42,526 nucleotides of DNA from Pelistega sp. (GCA_034093535.1 JAXECN010000147.1:1-42526); one strand, 5' to 3'; numbered from the stretch's first letter, positions 1-12,724 are shown. Program-made: numbers and translations. Notes: generated by a model from the sequence alone, not told the origin.

Positions 1-1685
1 TTAACCGAGGTTTTACCTAAGCGTTGTAATTCTTTTTCAACTTGCTCTTGCCCATTATTAATACGAATCTGTAATTCAATCGCATTAAACCATAGACGCA
101 CTTTTGCCTTAGCTCTTGGGCTACGTAAATAACCTAGTTGAGGATTCAACCAATCACGAGAAGGACCTCCAGACTTCGCAGCAATAATCTCAACTGTCTG
201 CCCTGTTTTAAGCGGAGTATTCAGCGAAACTAACTGTCCATCGACTTTAGCACCACGACAACGATGACCTAAATCCGTATGCAATAAGTAAGCAAAATCG
301 ACTGGTGTACTACCCTCAGGTAACTCCAATAGACGTGCTTGTGGGGTCATCACATAAATACGGTCAGGTTTCCCTTGAGAGGGTTTGCTTTGGATAAGTT
401 TTTCTTCTTCTTTTTTCAGGGCATTTTTCTTACGCTCAATATCCTCAAGAGGTACTGTTTGATTTTTCTCAGCTTGCTCAGCAATCCCCATCTCTTTACG
501 CCAAGAGAGCAATTGACGCATCCACGAAATCTGACGGTCATACAAGCTGGAAGCACTTACCGTGCCCCCCTTAGCACCCGCTTCTTTATAACGCCAATGG
601 GCTGCCATACCGTACTCTGCAAACTGATGCATTTGCTTGGTACGAATTTGGACTTCAAAAATATGCCCTGCTTCGTCTTTTACCACGGTATGTAAAGAGC
701 GATAACCATTAGGCTTAGGTCGTGCGATATAGTCATCAAACTCTGCCATCACCGGTGTCCAATGCGAATGCACCAATGATAAAGCTGTATAGCAATCACG
801 CTCGGTATTGACAATAATCCGAATCGCTAACAAGTCATATAAATCCTCAAAAGCGAGGGATTTATTACGCATTTTGTTATAGATACTATAAATATGTTTG
901 GCGCGCCCTGCAGTATCCGCTTGAATATGCTGTTCGGCTAAAGACTGACGTAACGTATCCAAGAAGTTATTCACTAACTCTTCACGCTGCTTACGGGTCG
1001 CCTCTAACTTAATCGCAATTTCACGATAGATATCTGGCTTGAGAAAACGTAAAGATAAGTCTTCCATCTCCCATTTAATCTGCCAAATCCCCAAACGATT
1101 TGCCAATGGGGCATAGATATTACTTGTCTGTAAAGCCAACTCTGGAGGGCAAGGTAGTTTTGTCTCGGCATACCATCGCAAGGTCTGTAGACGAGCCGCT
1201 AAACGAATTAAGACAATACGTAAGTCAGCTGCCATCGCCAGCAACATCTTACGCAGCATCTCTTGTTGAAGTTTTTCTTGTTCAGCTGAGGCTTGGGTCG
1301 CTTGAGAAGCAACAGTACCGATACGAATAAGCGCCTGCGCTCCCTCAACCAACTCAAATAGCTCTGCGCCAAACTCATCCATCACTTTGGTCTTAAACTG
1401 ACTATCCGCCAATGTGGACTCTTCACCCATGGTCAAGGTAATCGTGGACAGCAATGCGGCTGCCATGGTGGTAGCGTCCATCTCTAACAAGGATAATACG
1501 CGTAAAGTCCCTTTGACATGATGAATAGCAGGCTCTTGCGTAAACAGCAATTTATCTTTCAAATAAGGCTCAACCCAGACCAAGACACGTTGTAAAAACT
1601 GTTGGTCACTATCGCTTAAATCTCCAAAAACATCGGTTTTCCAAGCTTGGTCAAATTCGCTGACGCTTAATTCGCTATTTTCCAT
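1..1685 (-). CDS. relA: RelA (p)ppGpp synthetase, 3'-truncated by the window edge (absent from the ORF track)
   Basis: Manual translation from ATG at 1685 (MENSELSV...) is open to position 1. It contains IYAPLANRLGI, GRAKHIYSIYNKM, DLLAIR, EFDDYIARPKPNGYRSLHT, EVQIRT, AEYGMAAHWRYKE and the TGS motif TPVDFAY..HTDLGHRC.GAKV. The EXDD motif plus a missing HD motif indicates RelA rather than SpoT. Confidence 0.95.
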   Translation of the reverse strand, partial: MENSELSVSEFDQAWKTDVFGDLSDSDQQFLQRVLVWVEPYLKDKLLFTQEPAIHHVKGTLRVLSLLEMDATTMAAALLSTITLTMGEESTLADSQFKTKVMDEFGAELFELVEGAQALIRIGTVASQATQASAEQEKLQQEMLRKMLLAMAADLRIVLIRLAARLQTLRWYAETKLPCPPELALQTSNIYAPLANRLGIWQIKWEMEDLSLRFLKPDIYREIAIKLEATRKQREELVNNFLDTLRQSLAEQHIQADTAGRAKHIYSIYNKMRNKSLAFEDLYDLLAIRIIVNTERDCYTALSLVHSHWTPVMAEFDDYIARPKPNGYRSLHTVVKDEAGHIFEVQIRTKQMHQFAEYGMAAHWRYKEAGAKGGTVSASSLYDRQISWMRQLLSWRKEMGIAEQAEKNQTVPLEDIERKKNALKKEEEKLIQSKPSQGKPDRIYVMTPQARLLELPEGSTPVDFAYLLHTDLGHRCRGAKVDGQLVSLNTPLKTGQTVEIIAAKSGGPSRDWLNPQLGYLRSPRAKAKVRLWFNAIELQIRINNGQEQVEKELQRLGKTSV

Positions 1686-1717
1686 ATGCTGAGTTTATTT
1701 GAGACGTTGATTGTGTC

Positions 1718-1723
1718 ATTATA
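1718..1723 (-). promoter_or_regulatory. Putative sigma70 -10 box (TATAAT) for relA
   Basis: The reverse complement of attata (1718-1723) is TATAAT, about 33 nt upstream of the relA start. Confidence 0.45.
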
Positions 1724-1749
1724 TCCTGTATTGAATAGGATATTAAGCC

Positions 1750-2241
1750 ATGAAAACTCTTTTAATTGTCTGGCATTCTCGTACGCATACCTCTGAACAA
1801 ACAGCAAAACTAGCTGCAAAAGGAGCTGACGATATCAAAAAGCAATTAAATCTCCCGCACCATATCTCGTTAAGAGCTGCGTCAGAGGTTACTCTTGAGG
1901 AATTCCTACAAGCAGATGCCTATCTATTTTGTGCACCTGAAAATTTAGCCTCACTCAGTGGTGCCATGAAAGAATGCTTAGATACTTATTACTATGATTT
2001 ATTAGGAAAAATAGAAGGTCGGCTATTCAGCGCACTCATCAGTGCAGGGACTGATGGTCAGGGTGCATTGCGTCAGCTTCTCACCATCTGCACAGGTTGG
2101 CGATTAAATGAAGCAGTCCCCAGTCAAATTATCTTAACCCACGCCGATAGTGAGGTCGCTATTCGTGCACCCAAAACACTCACGCCAACACAAGAAGCTA
2201 CCGCTTGGGAAGCCGGGGCGACTTTATTCGCACTGTTATAA
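1750..2241 (+). CDS. Flavodoxin-like / NAD(P)H-dependent FMN-binding protein (WrbA-like fold)
   Basis: 163 aa with an N-terminal LLIVWHSRTHTS phosphate loop, ADAYLFCAPENLASLSGAMK and ISAGTDGQGA. AGGA SD upstream. Confidence 0.8.
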   Translation: MKTLLIVWHSRTHTSEQTAKLAAKGADDIKKQLNLPHHISLRAASEVTLEEFLQADAYLFCAPENLASLSGAMKECLDTYYYDLLGKIEGRLFSALISAGTDGQGALRQLLTICTGWRLNEAVPSQIILTHADSEVAIRAPKTLTPTQEATAWEAGATLFALL

Positions 2242-2283
2242 AACTTGTCATGCGATAAATGCCCCCTATCTCGGTATTGTGAG

Positions 2284-5381
<3,098 letters not shown>

Positions 5382-5399
5382 ATTCTTCCTAAATACCTA

Positions 5400-8300
5400 T
5401 TACGCATCACCCATTAGTTTAACAGCAGAATCAATATCCACTGCCACAATTCGAGAAACACCCTGCTCTTGCATGGTGACCCCAACTAATTGTTTTGCCA
5501 TCTGCATTGCAATTTTATTATGAGAAATAAATAAAAACTGTGTTTGGTCGCTCATACTCGAAACTAAATTTGCATAACGTTCTGTATTGGCATCATCTAA
5601 TGGAGCGTCCACCTCGTCCAACAAGCAGAATGGTGCAGGGTTTAGTTTAAAGAGTGCAAACACCAAAGCCGTCGCTGTCAGTGCCTTTTCACCACCGGAT
5701 AATAGATGAATTGTGCTATTTCGTTTGCCCGGCGGTTGTGCCATCACTTGTACACCCGCATCAAGAATTTCATCACCCGTCATGCGTAGCTTCGCTTCAC
5801 CACCACCAAATAATCTTGGGAACATCTCACCAAAGTGGGCATTAACCTGATTAAATGTATCTTGTAAGAGTTCTCTTGTCTCACGGTCAATCTTACGAAT
5901 CGCCTCTTCTAAGGTATGAATCGCATCACTTAAATCACGGTGCTGATTATCCAAGAATTCTTTACGTGTTTTCGCCTCATTTAACTCATCAAGCGCCGCT
6001 AAGTTCACCGGACCCAAGGCTTCAATTTGACGAGAAATACGTTGAACTTCGCTTTGTAGCCACGTGACTTTATGCCAATTCTCACCTAGCTCAGCCATCT
6101 CCGCACGTAAAGCGTCCCGATCAACCTCTTGTAAATTCAATTGTTCAGAGAATTGTTCAACAGCTAAACGGGCTGCCTGTGCATCTAATTGCAATTGCAT
6201 AATCTTGGCACGACGTGGTTCTAATGAATGCTCGATACTGAGGCGGCGCTCATCACTCTCACGTAAACTCGCTTCTAAATTATCAAGATGAATACGTGCT
6301 TCGTTTAATAAGGCATTCTTTTCTGCTTGAAGTTGTAAAGCATCTTCTAATCCACTACGTGTCGCCTCTTCATCAAACTCAAAGAGCTCGGCTTCAAGAT
6401 TTTCCAATTCAAACTTTGCTTGTTCTGCCTGACTTTTCGAAAGCTGACGATTACGCTGCAATTCTTCAATACGTGACTGCAGTCCTCTTTGACCATAACC
6501 GATATCTTGAACTTGACGCTCTGCCTCACGAATTTTTTCTTTTAAAGTCGCGGCACGACCATCAATATCCTCGCCAGCCATCTGTGCTTCAGCATAACGA
6601 GTTTGCTCATCACCCAGACGCATATCGAGTTGTTCGAATTTTTCCTCACACTCAGCCAAGGTGATATTTAATTCTTCCATCTGTGCCTGAATATCCGCTA
6701 AATCTTCGTTTAAGCGTTTACTTAACGTATTCGATTGCTCCACACGACTTTGCATCTGTGTATACGCTAATTGAATATCATGGGCTCGACGTGTCGCATC
6801 AGAAACTTGTTGACGAGCAGGGGCAAGTGTGGTGGCAATTTGTTGGTAAGCCTGCTCTGTACGCACTACCTCATCCACCGATTGGTCGGCTTTAAGCTGT
6901 GCTGCACGAATTTCTTTTTGCAAGTTCTCAATTTCTTGCTGACGTGCCAACATACCCGCTTGTTCAGAATCCGCCGCATAGAAATAGACACCATACGCAT
7001 CTACCATATGCCCTTGCTTCACCACAAAATGTGCACCATCTTTTAGCTGAGAACGCATTTTCACCGCAGTAGACAAGTCATCTACCACATAAATATCTGC
7101 CAGCCATTGTGCTAATAAAGACTTTAAGTCAGGGTCATTAACACGAACAAGACTCACCAATGCCGTAAAGCCAGCTGGTACGATCGGTAATGGTGCTGCA
7201 CTTGGCTTACTATAAAAAGCCAACCGTGCCGGTGGGGCGTCATAAGCAAAACCTGCCACCATATCCAATTGATGGACTTGTAATGCCGTCATACGCTCAC
7301 GTAAGGCAGACTCTAAAGCGGTCTCCCAACCTGCCTCTACATGAATAGATTGCCACAGGCGAGAAAAGCGATTTAAATCATGTTTTTGTAACCAAGGCTC
7401 AAGTGCCCCTTTAGACTGCACATCCTCTTGTAAAGCAACTAAAGCATTAAGACGTGCCTCTAACTTGCTTAAATGTTGAGATTCCTCTTGAGAACGAGAT
7501 TGTGCTAGGCGACGCACCTCTTCGGCGGCAGGTAATTTTTCTTCAATTTCTAATAAGCGCTCTTGAGCAACAGCGACATTTTCTTGAGCAATTTCTCGCT
7601 CCATACTAAGCTCTTCGAGACGCTCTGTATCAGGGGCATCTAGCTCTCGTTTTTCTTTTTCTAGACGCTCTTTACGCAACTCTAGCGCTTGTAATTGGCG
7701 ATTTGCATCTTGCTGTTGCTGACCGACTAAGGCTAAATTCTGCTCAATAGCCGATAAAGCAATACGCATTTGCTCTCGTTCTTGTGCTGCCAGTTTTAAC
7801 TGATCTTCTAAATCTGGCAGCTGTGCACGAAACTCTTCTTCTCGTAGTTTGGCATCCTCAAGACGCTCAACACCCATCGCCAACTCTTCTTCAACCAAGG
7901 TAATTTGTTCTTCACAATGGTTAAACTGTTCTTGCCACTCTTCAATTTTGGCATTTAATTGGGCACGACGTGTCCCTAAACGCTGACGAGAATCAACCAC
8001 ATGGCGAATCTCTGCTTCTAAGCGACTTACTTGTGTATTAGCTTCGTAATAGCTCGTCTGTGCTTTATGAACTAAATCACTCGCTTGATAATGTGCTTGA
8101 CGACGGGTTTCCACCTCACTTTCAATTGCACGTAACTCGGCTGTCGCTCCCTCTAATTCAGTCTGGGCAGCCTCAATTTCCGCATTCTTACGTTGTTGTT
8201 CTTGTAAAGCGTTTTCTTCACGGTTCAACCATAATGCAAATTGTTTTTTATCACCCTCGGCTTGTAAACCACGATAACGTGTTGCCACCTCCGCTTGACT

Positions 8301-8927
8301 TTCTAACTTCGTTAATTGTTTTTCTAATTCACTTTGAATATCTTCGACACGCAATAAGTTCTCTCGTGTATCCGATAGACGATTTTCAGTCTCACGGCGA
8401 CGCTCTTTATAGCGCGATACACCTGCAGCCTCTTCAAGATAAACACGAAGTTCTTCAGGCTTGGCTTCAATCAACCGATTAATCATGCCCTGACCAATAA
8501 TCGCATAACCTCTCGCACCTAGACCAGTCCCCAAGAAAATGTCATGGACATCTCGACGACGTACTTGTTGGTTATTGATAAAATAGCTACTCGTGCCATC
8601 ACGCGTTAACACGCGTCGCACTGCAATTTCAGAATAAACGCTCCATTGTCCAACAGCACGCCCTTCGGAATTATCAAAAACGAGTTCTACCGCTGCGCGA
8701 CCTGCAGGCTTACGCGTGCCAGATCCGTTAAAAATAACGTCTTGCATCGATTCACCACGTAGCTCTGAAGCTTTGGTTTCACCCAATACCCATCGTACCG
8801 CATCAATAATATTAGACTTACCACAACCGTTGGGGCCAACAACACCGACCAATTGACTAGGCACGGGAATCACCGTTGAGTCCACAAACGATTTAAAGCC
8901 AGATAATTTAATTTGAGTTAACCGCAC
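5400..8927 (-). CDS. smc: Chromosome segregation protein SMC
   Basis: 1175 aa with GFKSF, Walker A GPNGCGKSN, long coiled coils around a hinge, signature LSGGEK and Walker B/D-loop LLDEVDAPLD. GTG start. Confidence 0.98.
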   Translation of the reverse strand: MRLTQIKLSGFKSFVDSTVIPVPSQLVGVVGPNGCGKSNIIDAVRWVLGETKASELRGESMQDVIFNGSGTRKPAGRAAVELVFDNSEGRAVGQWSVYSEIAVRRVLTRDGTSSYFINNQQVRRRDVHDIFLGTGLGARGYAIIGQGMINRLIEAKPEELRVYLEEAAGVSRYKERRRETENRLSDTRENLLRVEDIQSELEKQLTKLESQAEVATRYRGLQAEGDKKQFALWLNREENALQEQQRKNAEIEAAQTELEGATAELRAIESEVETRRQAHYQASDLVHKAQTSYYEANTQVSRLEAEIRHVVDSRQRLGTRRAQLNAKIEEWQEQFNHCEEQITLVEEELAMGVERLEDAKLREEEFRAQLPDLEDQLKLAAQEREQMRIALSAIEQNLALVGQQQQDANRQLQALELRKERLEKEKRELDAPDTERLEELSMEREIAQENVAVAQERLLEIEEKLPAAEEVRRLAQSRSQEESQHLSKLEARLNALVALQEDVQSKGALEPWLQKHDLNRFSRLWQSIHVEAGWETALESALRERMTALQVHQLDMVAGFAYDAPPARLAFYSKPSAAPLPIVPAGFTALVSLVRVNDPDLKSLLAQWLADIYVVDDLSTAVKMRSQLKDGAHFVVKQGHMVDAYGVYFYAADSEQAGMLARQQEIENLQKEIRAAQLKADQSVDEVVRTEQAYQQIATTLAPARQQVSDATRRAHDIQLAYTQMQSRVEQSNTLSKRLNEDLADIQAQMEELNITLAECEEKFEQLDMRLGDEQTRYAEAQMAGEDIDGRAATLKEKIREAERQVQDIGYGQRGLQSRIEELQRNRQLSKSQAEQAKFELENLEAELFEFDEEATRSGLEDALQLQAEKNALLNEARIHLDNLEASLRESDERRLSIEHSLEPRRAKIMQLQLDAQAARLAVEQFSEQLNLQEVDRDALRAEMAELGENWHKVTWLQSEVQRISRQIEALGPVNLAALDELNEAKTRKEFLDNQHRDLSDAIHTLEEAIRKIDRETRELLQDTFNQVNAHFGEMFPRLFGGGEAKLRMTGDEILDAGVQVMAQPPGKRNSTIHLLSGGEKALTATALVFALFKLNPAPFCLLDEVDAPLDDANTERYANLVSSMSDQTQFLFISHNKIAMQMAKQLVGVTMQEQGVSRIVAVDIDSAVKLMGDA

Positions 8928-9043
8928 AGCAAACCATTAAAAAATAGAAGAAGAATTTATAAAACCGCTAGAAACTTTCACTAAACGACTTAAACACAAT
9001 ATAATAACCTAGCTTATCAAATAATATTAATAACGAGGATGTT

Positions 9044-10354
9044 TTGAAAAAAGGTTTCTTTACAGTTATGACAGCGCAAGCTCTTTCTTCGCTTGCCGAT
9101 AATGCGTTGTTCATTGCCGCTATTGCTTTAATTCATCAGCTCTCTGGACCGAATTGGTTAGACTCGTTATTAAAATGGGCTTTTGCCGCCTCTTATGTGA
9201 TTTTAGCGGCATTTGTTGGTGCTATCGCAGACTCTTTCCCCAAAGGCAAGGTTATGTTTGTCACCAACTCGATTAAGATTGCCGGCTGTTTATTGATGTT
9301 TATCTCGGGCATGTTTGCTCAGGATAATCCTCAATTACAGACTTATATTATCTGTATTGCCTATGGTCTTGTAGGGATTGGTGCTGCTGCCTACTCTCCT
9401 GCCAAGTATGGTATCGTGACCGAACTTCTCCCTCCTAAAGATTTAGTCAAAGGCAATAGCTGGATTGAAGGCTTAACCGTACTCTCGATTATTTTTGGTT
9501 TTGTCCTCGGTGGTATTCTCATCAATCAAAATGTGATTAACTGGTTCCTCCAATTTGAGGCTTTCCAACCTTTCAAAGAAACACCTGCTGAGATTGCCAT
9601 TATTATTATCGGCTTTATTTATCTAGCCGCCGCTATTTGTAATCTATTAATTCCTAAGACAAATTTTGTCTATCCAAAACAAGCTAAAAATCCTGTCAAA
9701 CTGGTTAGCGTGTTTTCTAAATATGTGATGATTTTATGGCGTGATAAAGTCGGTCAAATTTCACTTGCGGTGACCACTTTATTCTGGGGAGCCGGTGCCG
9801 TTATTCAACTCGTTGTCCTTAAATGGGGTACTGACCATCTCGGTTTAGATGTTTCTGCCTCAGCTTATCTAATGGGTGTTGCTGCGATTGGTACTATTAT
9901 TGGTGCTATTCTAGCCGGTCGTATTCCTCTCGAAAAAGCACTCTCTGTCCTACCTGTTGGTGTGATTATGGGTTTCGGGGTTATGCTCATGGTTCTTGTC
10001 AAAGAAACTTGGGCTGTGTATGGGGTACTTATCCTTGTCGGTGGTTTATCAGGCTTTTTCGTCGTACCGATGAATGCGCTCTTACAACACCGTGGTCATG
10101 TGCTGTTATCCGCAGGTCACTCTATTGCGGTACAAAACTTTAATGAGCAATTAAATATTCTCTTTATGGTGGCACTATACGGTTTACTCGTCCACTTAAA
10201 CTTACATATCAATACGATTATTATTATCTTCGGTCTAAGTGTTGCTATTCTGATGTTTGCTGTAATTTTATTATGCAAATTTAATGAGAAAAAATATCCT
10301 CATGCCTTTGAGGAAATTGGCGATACTAGCCACGGCAAAGCACAACATTTCTAG
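9044..10354 (+). CDS. lplT: Lysophospholipid transporter LplT (MFS)
   Basis: AQALSSLADNALFI, GAIADSFPKGKVM, YSPAKYGI, VPMNALLQHRG and SAGHSIAVQNFNE are typical LplT motifs. About 12 TM segments; GAGG SD with TTG start. Confidence 0.92.
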   Translation: MKKGFFTVMTAQALSSLADNALFIAAIALIHQLSGPNWLDSLLKWAFAASYVILAAFVGAIADSFPKGKVMFVTNSIKIAGCLLMFISGMFAQDNPQLQTYIICIAYGLVGIGAAAYSPAKYGIVTELLPPKDLVKGNSWIEGLTVLSIIFGFVLGGILINQNVINWFLQFEAFQPFKETPAEIAIIIIGFIYLAAAICNLLIPKTNFVYPKQAKNPVKLVSVFSKYVMILWRDKVGQISLAVTTLFWGAGAVIQLVVLKWGTDHLGLDVSASAYLMGVAAIGTIIGAILAGRIPLEKALSVLPVGVIMGFGVMLMVLVKETWAVYGVLILVGGLSGFFVVPMNALLQHRGHVLLSAGHSIAVQNFNEQLNILFMVALYGLLVHLNLHINTIIIIFGLSVAILMFAVILLCKFNEKKYPHAFEEIGDTSHGKAQHF

Positions 10355-10370
10355 TTTTGATAATCACTTA

Positions 10371-10407
10371 AAAATAAAGGGCTTCCTATTGATGATAGGA
10401 GGCCCTT
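10371..10407. terminator. Intrinsic terminator between convergent lplT and the udg-like gene
   Basis: Stem AAGGGCTTCCTAT / ATAGGAGGCCCTT (10377-10407) preceded by an A-rich tract, which is a U-tract for the minus-strand transcript. Confidence 0.75.
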
Positions 10408-10435
10408 ATCACTTCTTAAGAGTCAACCGACAGAC

Positions 10436-11365
10436 TTACGCCTGTAAATATGAGGCTATCTTTTGTAAGTCTTCCCAAATATCTGCCTTAAGTGTTTGGT
10501 TTAGTAATAATAAACTGGGGTGATGACTCACCACAACAGGAATACGCTCTGTTTCAGTTAAGGGATAAAACCATTCTTGAGAACGTAACATATCCATATT
10601 CCCTCCCTCTTGTTTGAGGAAAGGTTGTGCCGCTCTCGCCCCTAGCAACCAAATACATGCAGGCTTTAACATCTGAATTTGTGCTTGCAAATAAGGCAAG
10701 CTCTGTACATACTGCTCGGGCAATGTTTCCTCACGCATATGTGCTTTTAATAAGCTCGTCATCGCCACATCTTCCTTACGAAGACCCAGAGGGGCTAACA
10801 TATTAGCAAGCAGTACCCCTGTATCTCCTGAAAATACCGTACCCTCAACATAATCATCCGCTCCCGGCATTTCTTCAATAATCAATAATGCAGGGTTGGC
10901 TTTGCCCGGTTGTCCGATTAGCACTTCTTTTTCATCACTCACCCATTGCCATTGTAAGTACTGATGACGAATTTCACTTTCTAATGCTGACCATGTTTGT
11001 GCTTGTACCGTCGGGATTGCCTGTGATTTCAGCTGACGCTGACGGTTAGCAGAGGCTTGCTTTTGGAAATTCTGATGAATCTCTTGAATCGCTTGTTCTT
11101 GCTCGCGACTGACTCGCCCAGATTTAGTTTTACCTTCTGGTGAACTACGCTTAATCAGCGTAATCCCCGCTTCATTATTCGGTGTTGCTGTATTCGAAAT
11201 AACTGCTTCTGCAGGCGTAGTTTCTGCTGAAGACGAATTCGCACCCTCGTCTTGCTCAGGACTATAGGGAGCTAAAGCTTGCCCCCAGAGCATAGCAACG
11301 CCTAGCTCTTTTAGCCATAAGGTTTGAACTTCGGATAAAGGGATTTTTGGTGTGGTAACCATCAT
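10436..11365 (-). CDS. Degenerate family-4 uracil-DNA glycosylase-like protein (candidate cryptic DNA Pol III psi-like subunit)
   Basis: UDG-4 scaffold motifs are recognisable (IIEEMPG, F.G..G.LL.NML, PYLQAQIQMLKP..I..LG..AA, HHPS.LL, K..IWEDL) but there are no Fe-S cysteines. Located downstream of tsaB-rimI with an ATGA overlap. Confidence 0.8.
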   Translation of the reverse strand: MMVTTPKIPLSEVQTLWLKELGVAMLWGQALAPYSPEQDEGANSSSAETTPAEAVISNTATPNNEAGITLIKRSSPEGKTKSGRVSREQEQAIQEIHQNFQKQASANRQRQLKSQAIPTVQAQTWSALESEIRHQYLQWQWVSDEKEVLIGQPGKANPALLIIEEMPGADDYVEGTVFSGDTGVLLANMLAPLGLRKEDVAMTSLLKAHMREETLPEQYVQSLPYLQAQIQMLKPACIWLLGARAAQPFLKQEGGNMDMLRSQEWFYPLTETERIPVVVSHHPSLLLLNQTLKADIWEDLQKIASYLQA

Positions 11366-12675
11366 ACTGCCTTTGTTAGCTGCAGGTCTTTTTGCAATAC
11401 TAATGCATCTTCTCGACCATTTTCACATTCGTAATACGCTTTGCGCACACCAATTTGTTGATAGCCCAATTTGGTATAGAGTCCACGCGCCTTTTCATTT
11501 GACACACGAACCTCTAGAAGTTGCACATAAGGTTCTCTAGGACGACTCTCAATAAATAACTCTAACCACGTCAGCAATAGCTCACCTAGTCCTTGTCCTT
11601 GTCTATCTGGCGCAACCGCAATCGTCATCAAATTAACAACATCTGGCTCAACGAGTTGCACAGCATAAGCAAGAATCTGCCCTTGTTGGTCGACCAACGC
11701 CCAATTATGATAATTGGTATGCATTAATGCCGCAAAAAACATCCCTTCTGTCCATGGTGTCTGATGGGCTTTTTCCTCAATTGCCATCACAGCAGCCAAA
11801 TCGCTACTACGCAATGGTCGAATCCATAATGACTGCGCTAACAATTTACTCGCAAAATCCTGCTGACGCTTTTCACTATCGGTGAGGATAGGTAAAGCAA
11901 TTTTTGGATTACCTCCTAGACCAGACTCACGCTCTACCGTGGTAAAAGCGACTTTATCACGTAAATATAGCGGGGCTAACTCATCAATCGCTGCGCCTCC
12001 CTGACGCTTAAACTTCTCATAACCTACTTTGACCAAAGTATCCGCATCCGCCCAAGCGGTATTGCCTAGTACCCACTGTGAATTAGGTAAGGTAAAGTCC
12101 TCTGGATACGTGGTAAACGCATTGCCCGCCAAGCATAATTGAATATCACTCGGTATCAAGCCAGCATTTAAACACCAACGCGGAATCTGCTCTTGCACCC
12201 AAGACATGACATCTTGTGACTGCATTAATATCGGTGCTAATACGGGTTCCAGCTTTAATTGAGCATTCTTAATAGGATAAACAGCTAGATAAACTTCTTG
12301 CATACGTGCGTCTAAAGCCACCACCACAAACCCTTGTTGAATAGATGACTGCTGTGAAAGCACTGCGCTTGCCTCAAGAGAACTTACTGGCACTACGGGG
12401 ATTTGTAAGCCCAATGCTAAACCTTGGGCGAGACCACAAGCGACACGTAATCCTGTAAAACCACCCGGCCCTTGAGAAAAGACAACACCATCAAGGTCTT
12501 GTTTGGTCAACTTTGCTTCTGCGAGTAAGGTATCTAGCATAGGTAATACCTGTTCTGCATTTTTACCCTCTTCTCGAGATACTTTAGCGCTAATCGTATA
12601 CTCTCCGCCCTTATCCTGTAAAAGTGCGACGCTTGCACCATTAGAAGCATTTTCAATAGCAATAAAATTGACCAT
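11362..12675 (-). CDS. tsaB-rimI: Fused TsaB (t6A biosynthesis) - RimI (ribosomal protein N-acetyltransferase)
   Basis: The N-terminal ~260 aa carries GPGGFTGLRVACGLAQGLA, VVPVSSL, LDARMQEVY and PLYLRDKVA (TsaB). The C-terminal ~155 aa carries IE...HQTPWT, IAV.P..QGQGLG, LEVRVSN..A..LY..LGY...G.RK.YY and EDALV (RimI GNAT). One continuous frame. Confidence 0.92.
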   Translation of the reverse strand: MVNFIAIENASNGASVALLQDKGGEYTISAKVSREEGKNAEQVLPMLDTLLAEAKLTKQDLDGVVFSQGPGGFTGLRVACGLAQGLALGLQIPVVPVSSLEASAVLSQQSSIQQGFVVVALDARMQEVYLAVYPIKNAQLKLEPVLAPILMQSQDVMSWVQEQIPRWCLNAGLIPSDIQLCLAGNAFTTYPEDFTLPNSQWVLGNTAWADADTLVKVGYEKFKRQGGAAIDELAPLYLRDKVAFTTVERESGLGGNPKIALPILTDSEKRQQDFASKLLAQSLWIRPLRSSDLAAVMAIEEKAHQTPWTEGMFFAALMHTNYHNWALVDQQGQILAYAVQLVEPDVVNLMTIAVAPDRQGQGLGELLLTWLELFIESRPREPYVQLLEVRVSNEKARGLYTKLGYQQIGVRKAYYECENGREDALVLQKDLQLTKAV

Positions 12676-12715
12676 AATTCCTTAACTCGTCTGGCGATTT
12701 TTAATCTTTGTGCCT

Positions 12716-12724
12716 ATTGTAACA
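12716..12724 (-). promoter_or_regulatory. Putative extended -10 (TGtTACAAT) for the tsaB-rimI-udg operon
   Basis: The reverse complement of attgtaaca is TGTTACAAT, about 40 nt upstream of the start. Confidence 0.45.

Noticed and set aside
339-1330. Plus-strand ORFs 339-695 and 1100-1330
   Set aside because: They are antisense shadows of relA.
5400-8927. SMC as part of a defence system (Wadjet/MksBEF, Lamassu)
   Set aside because: It is a canonical housekeeping Smc in the conserved smc-zipA-ligA context, with no jet/mks or effector partners adjacent.
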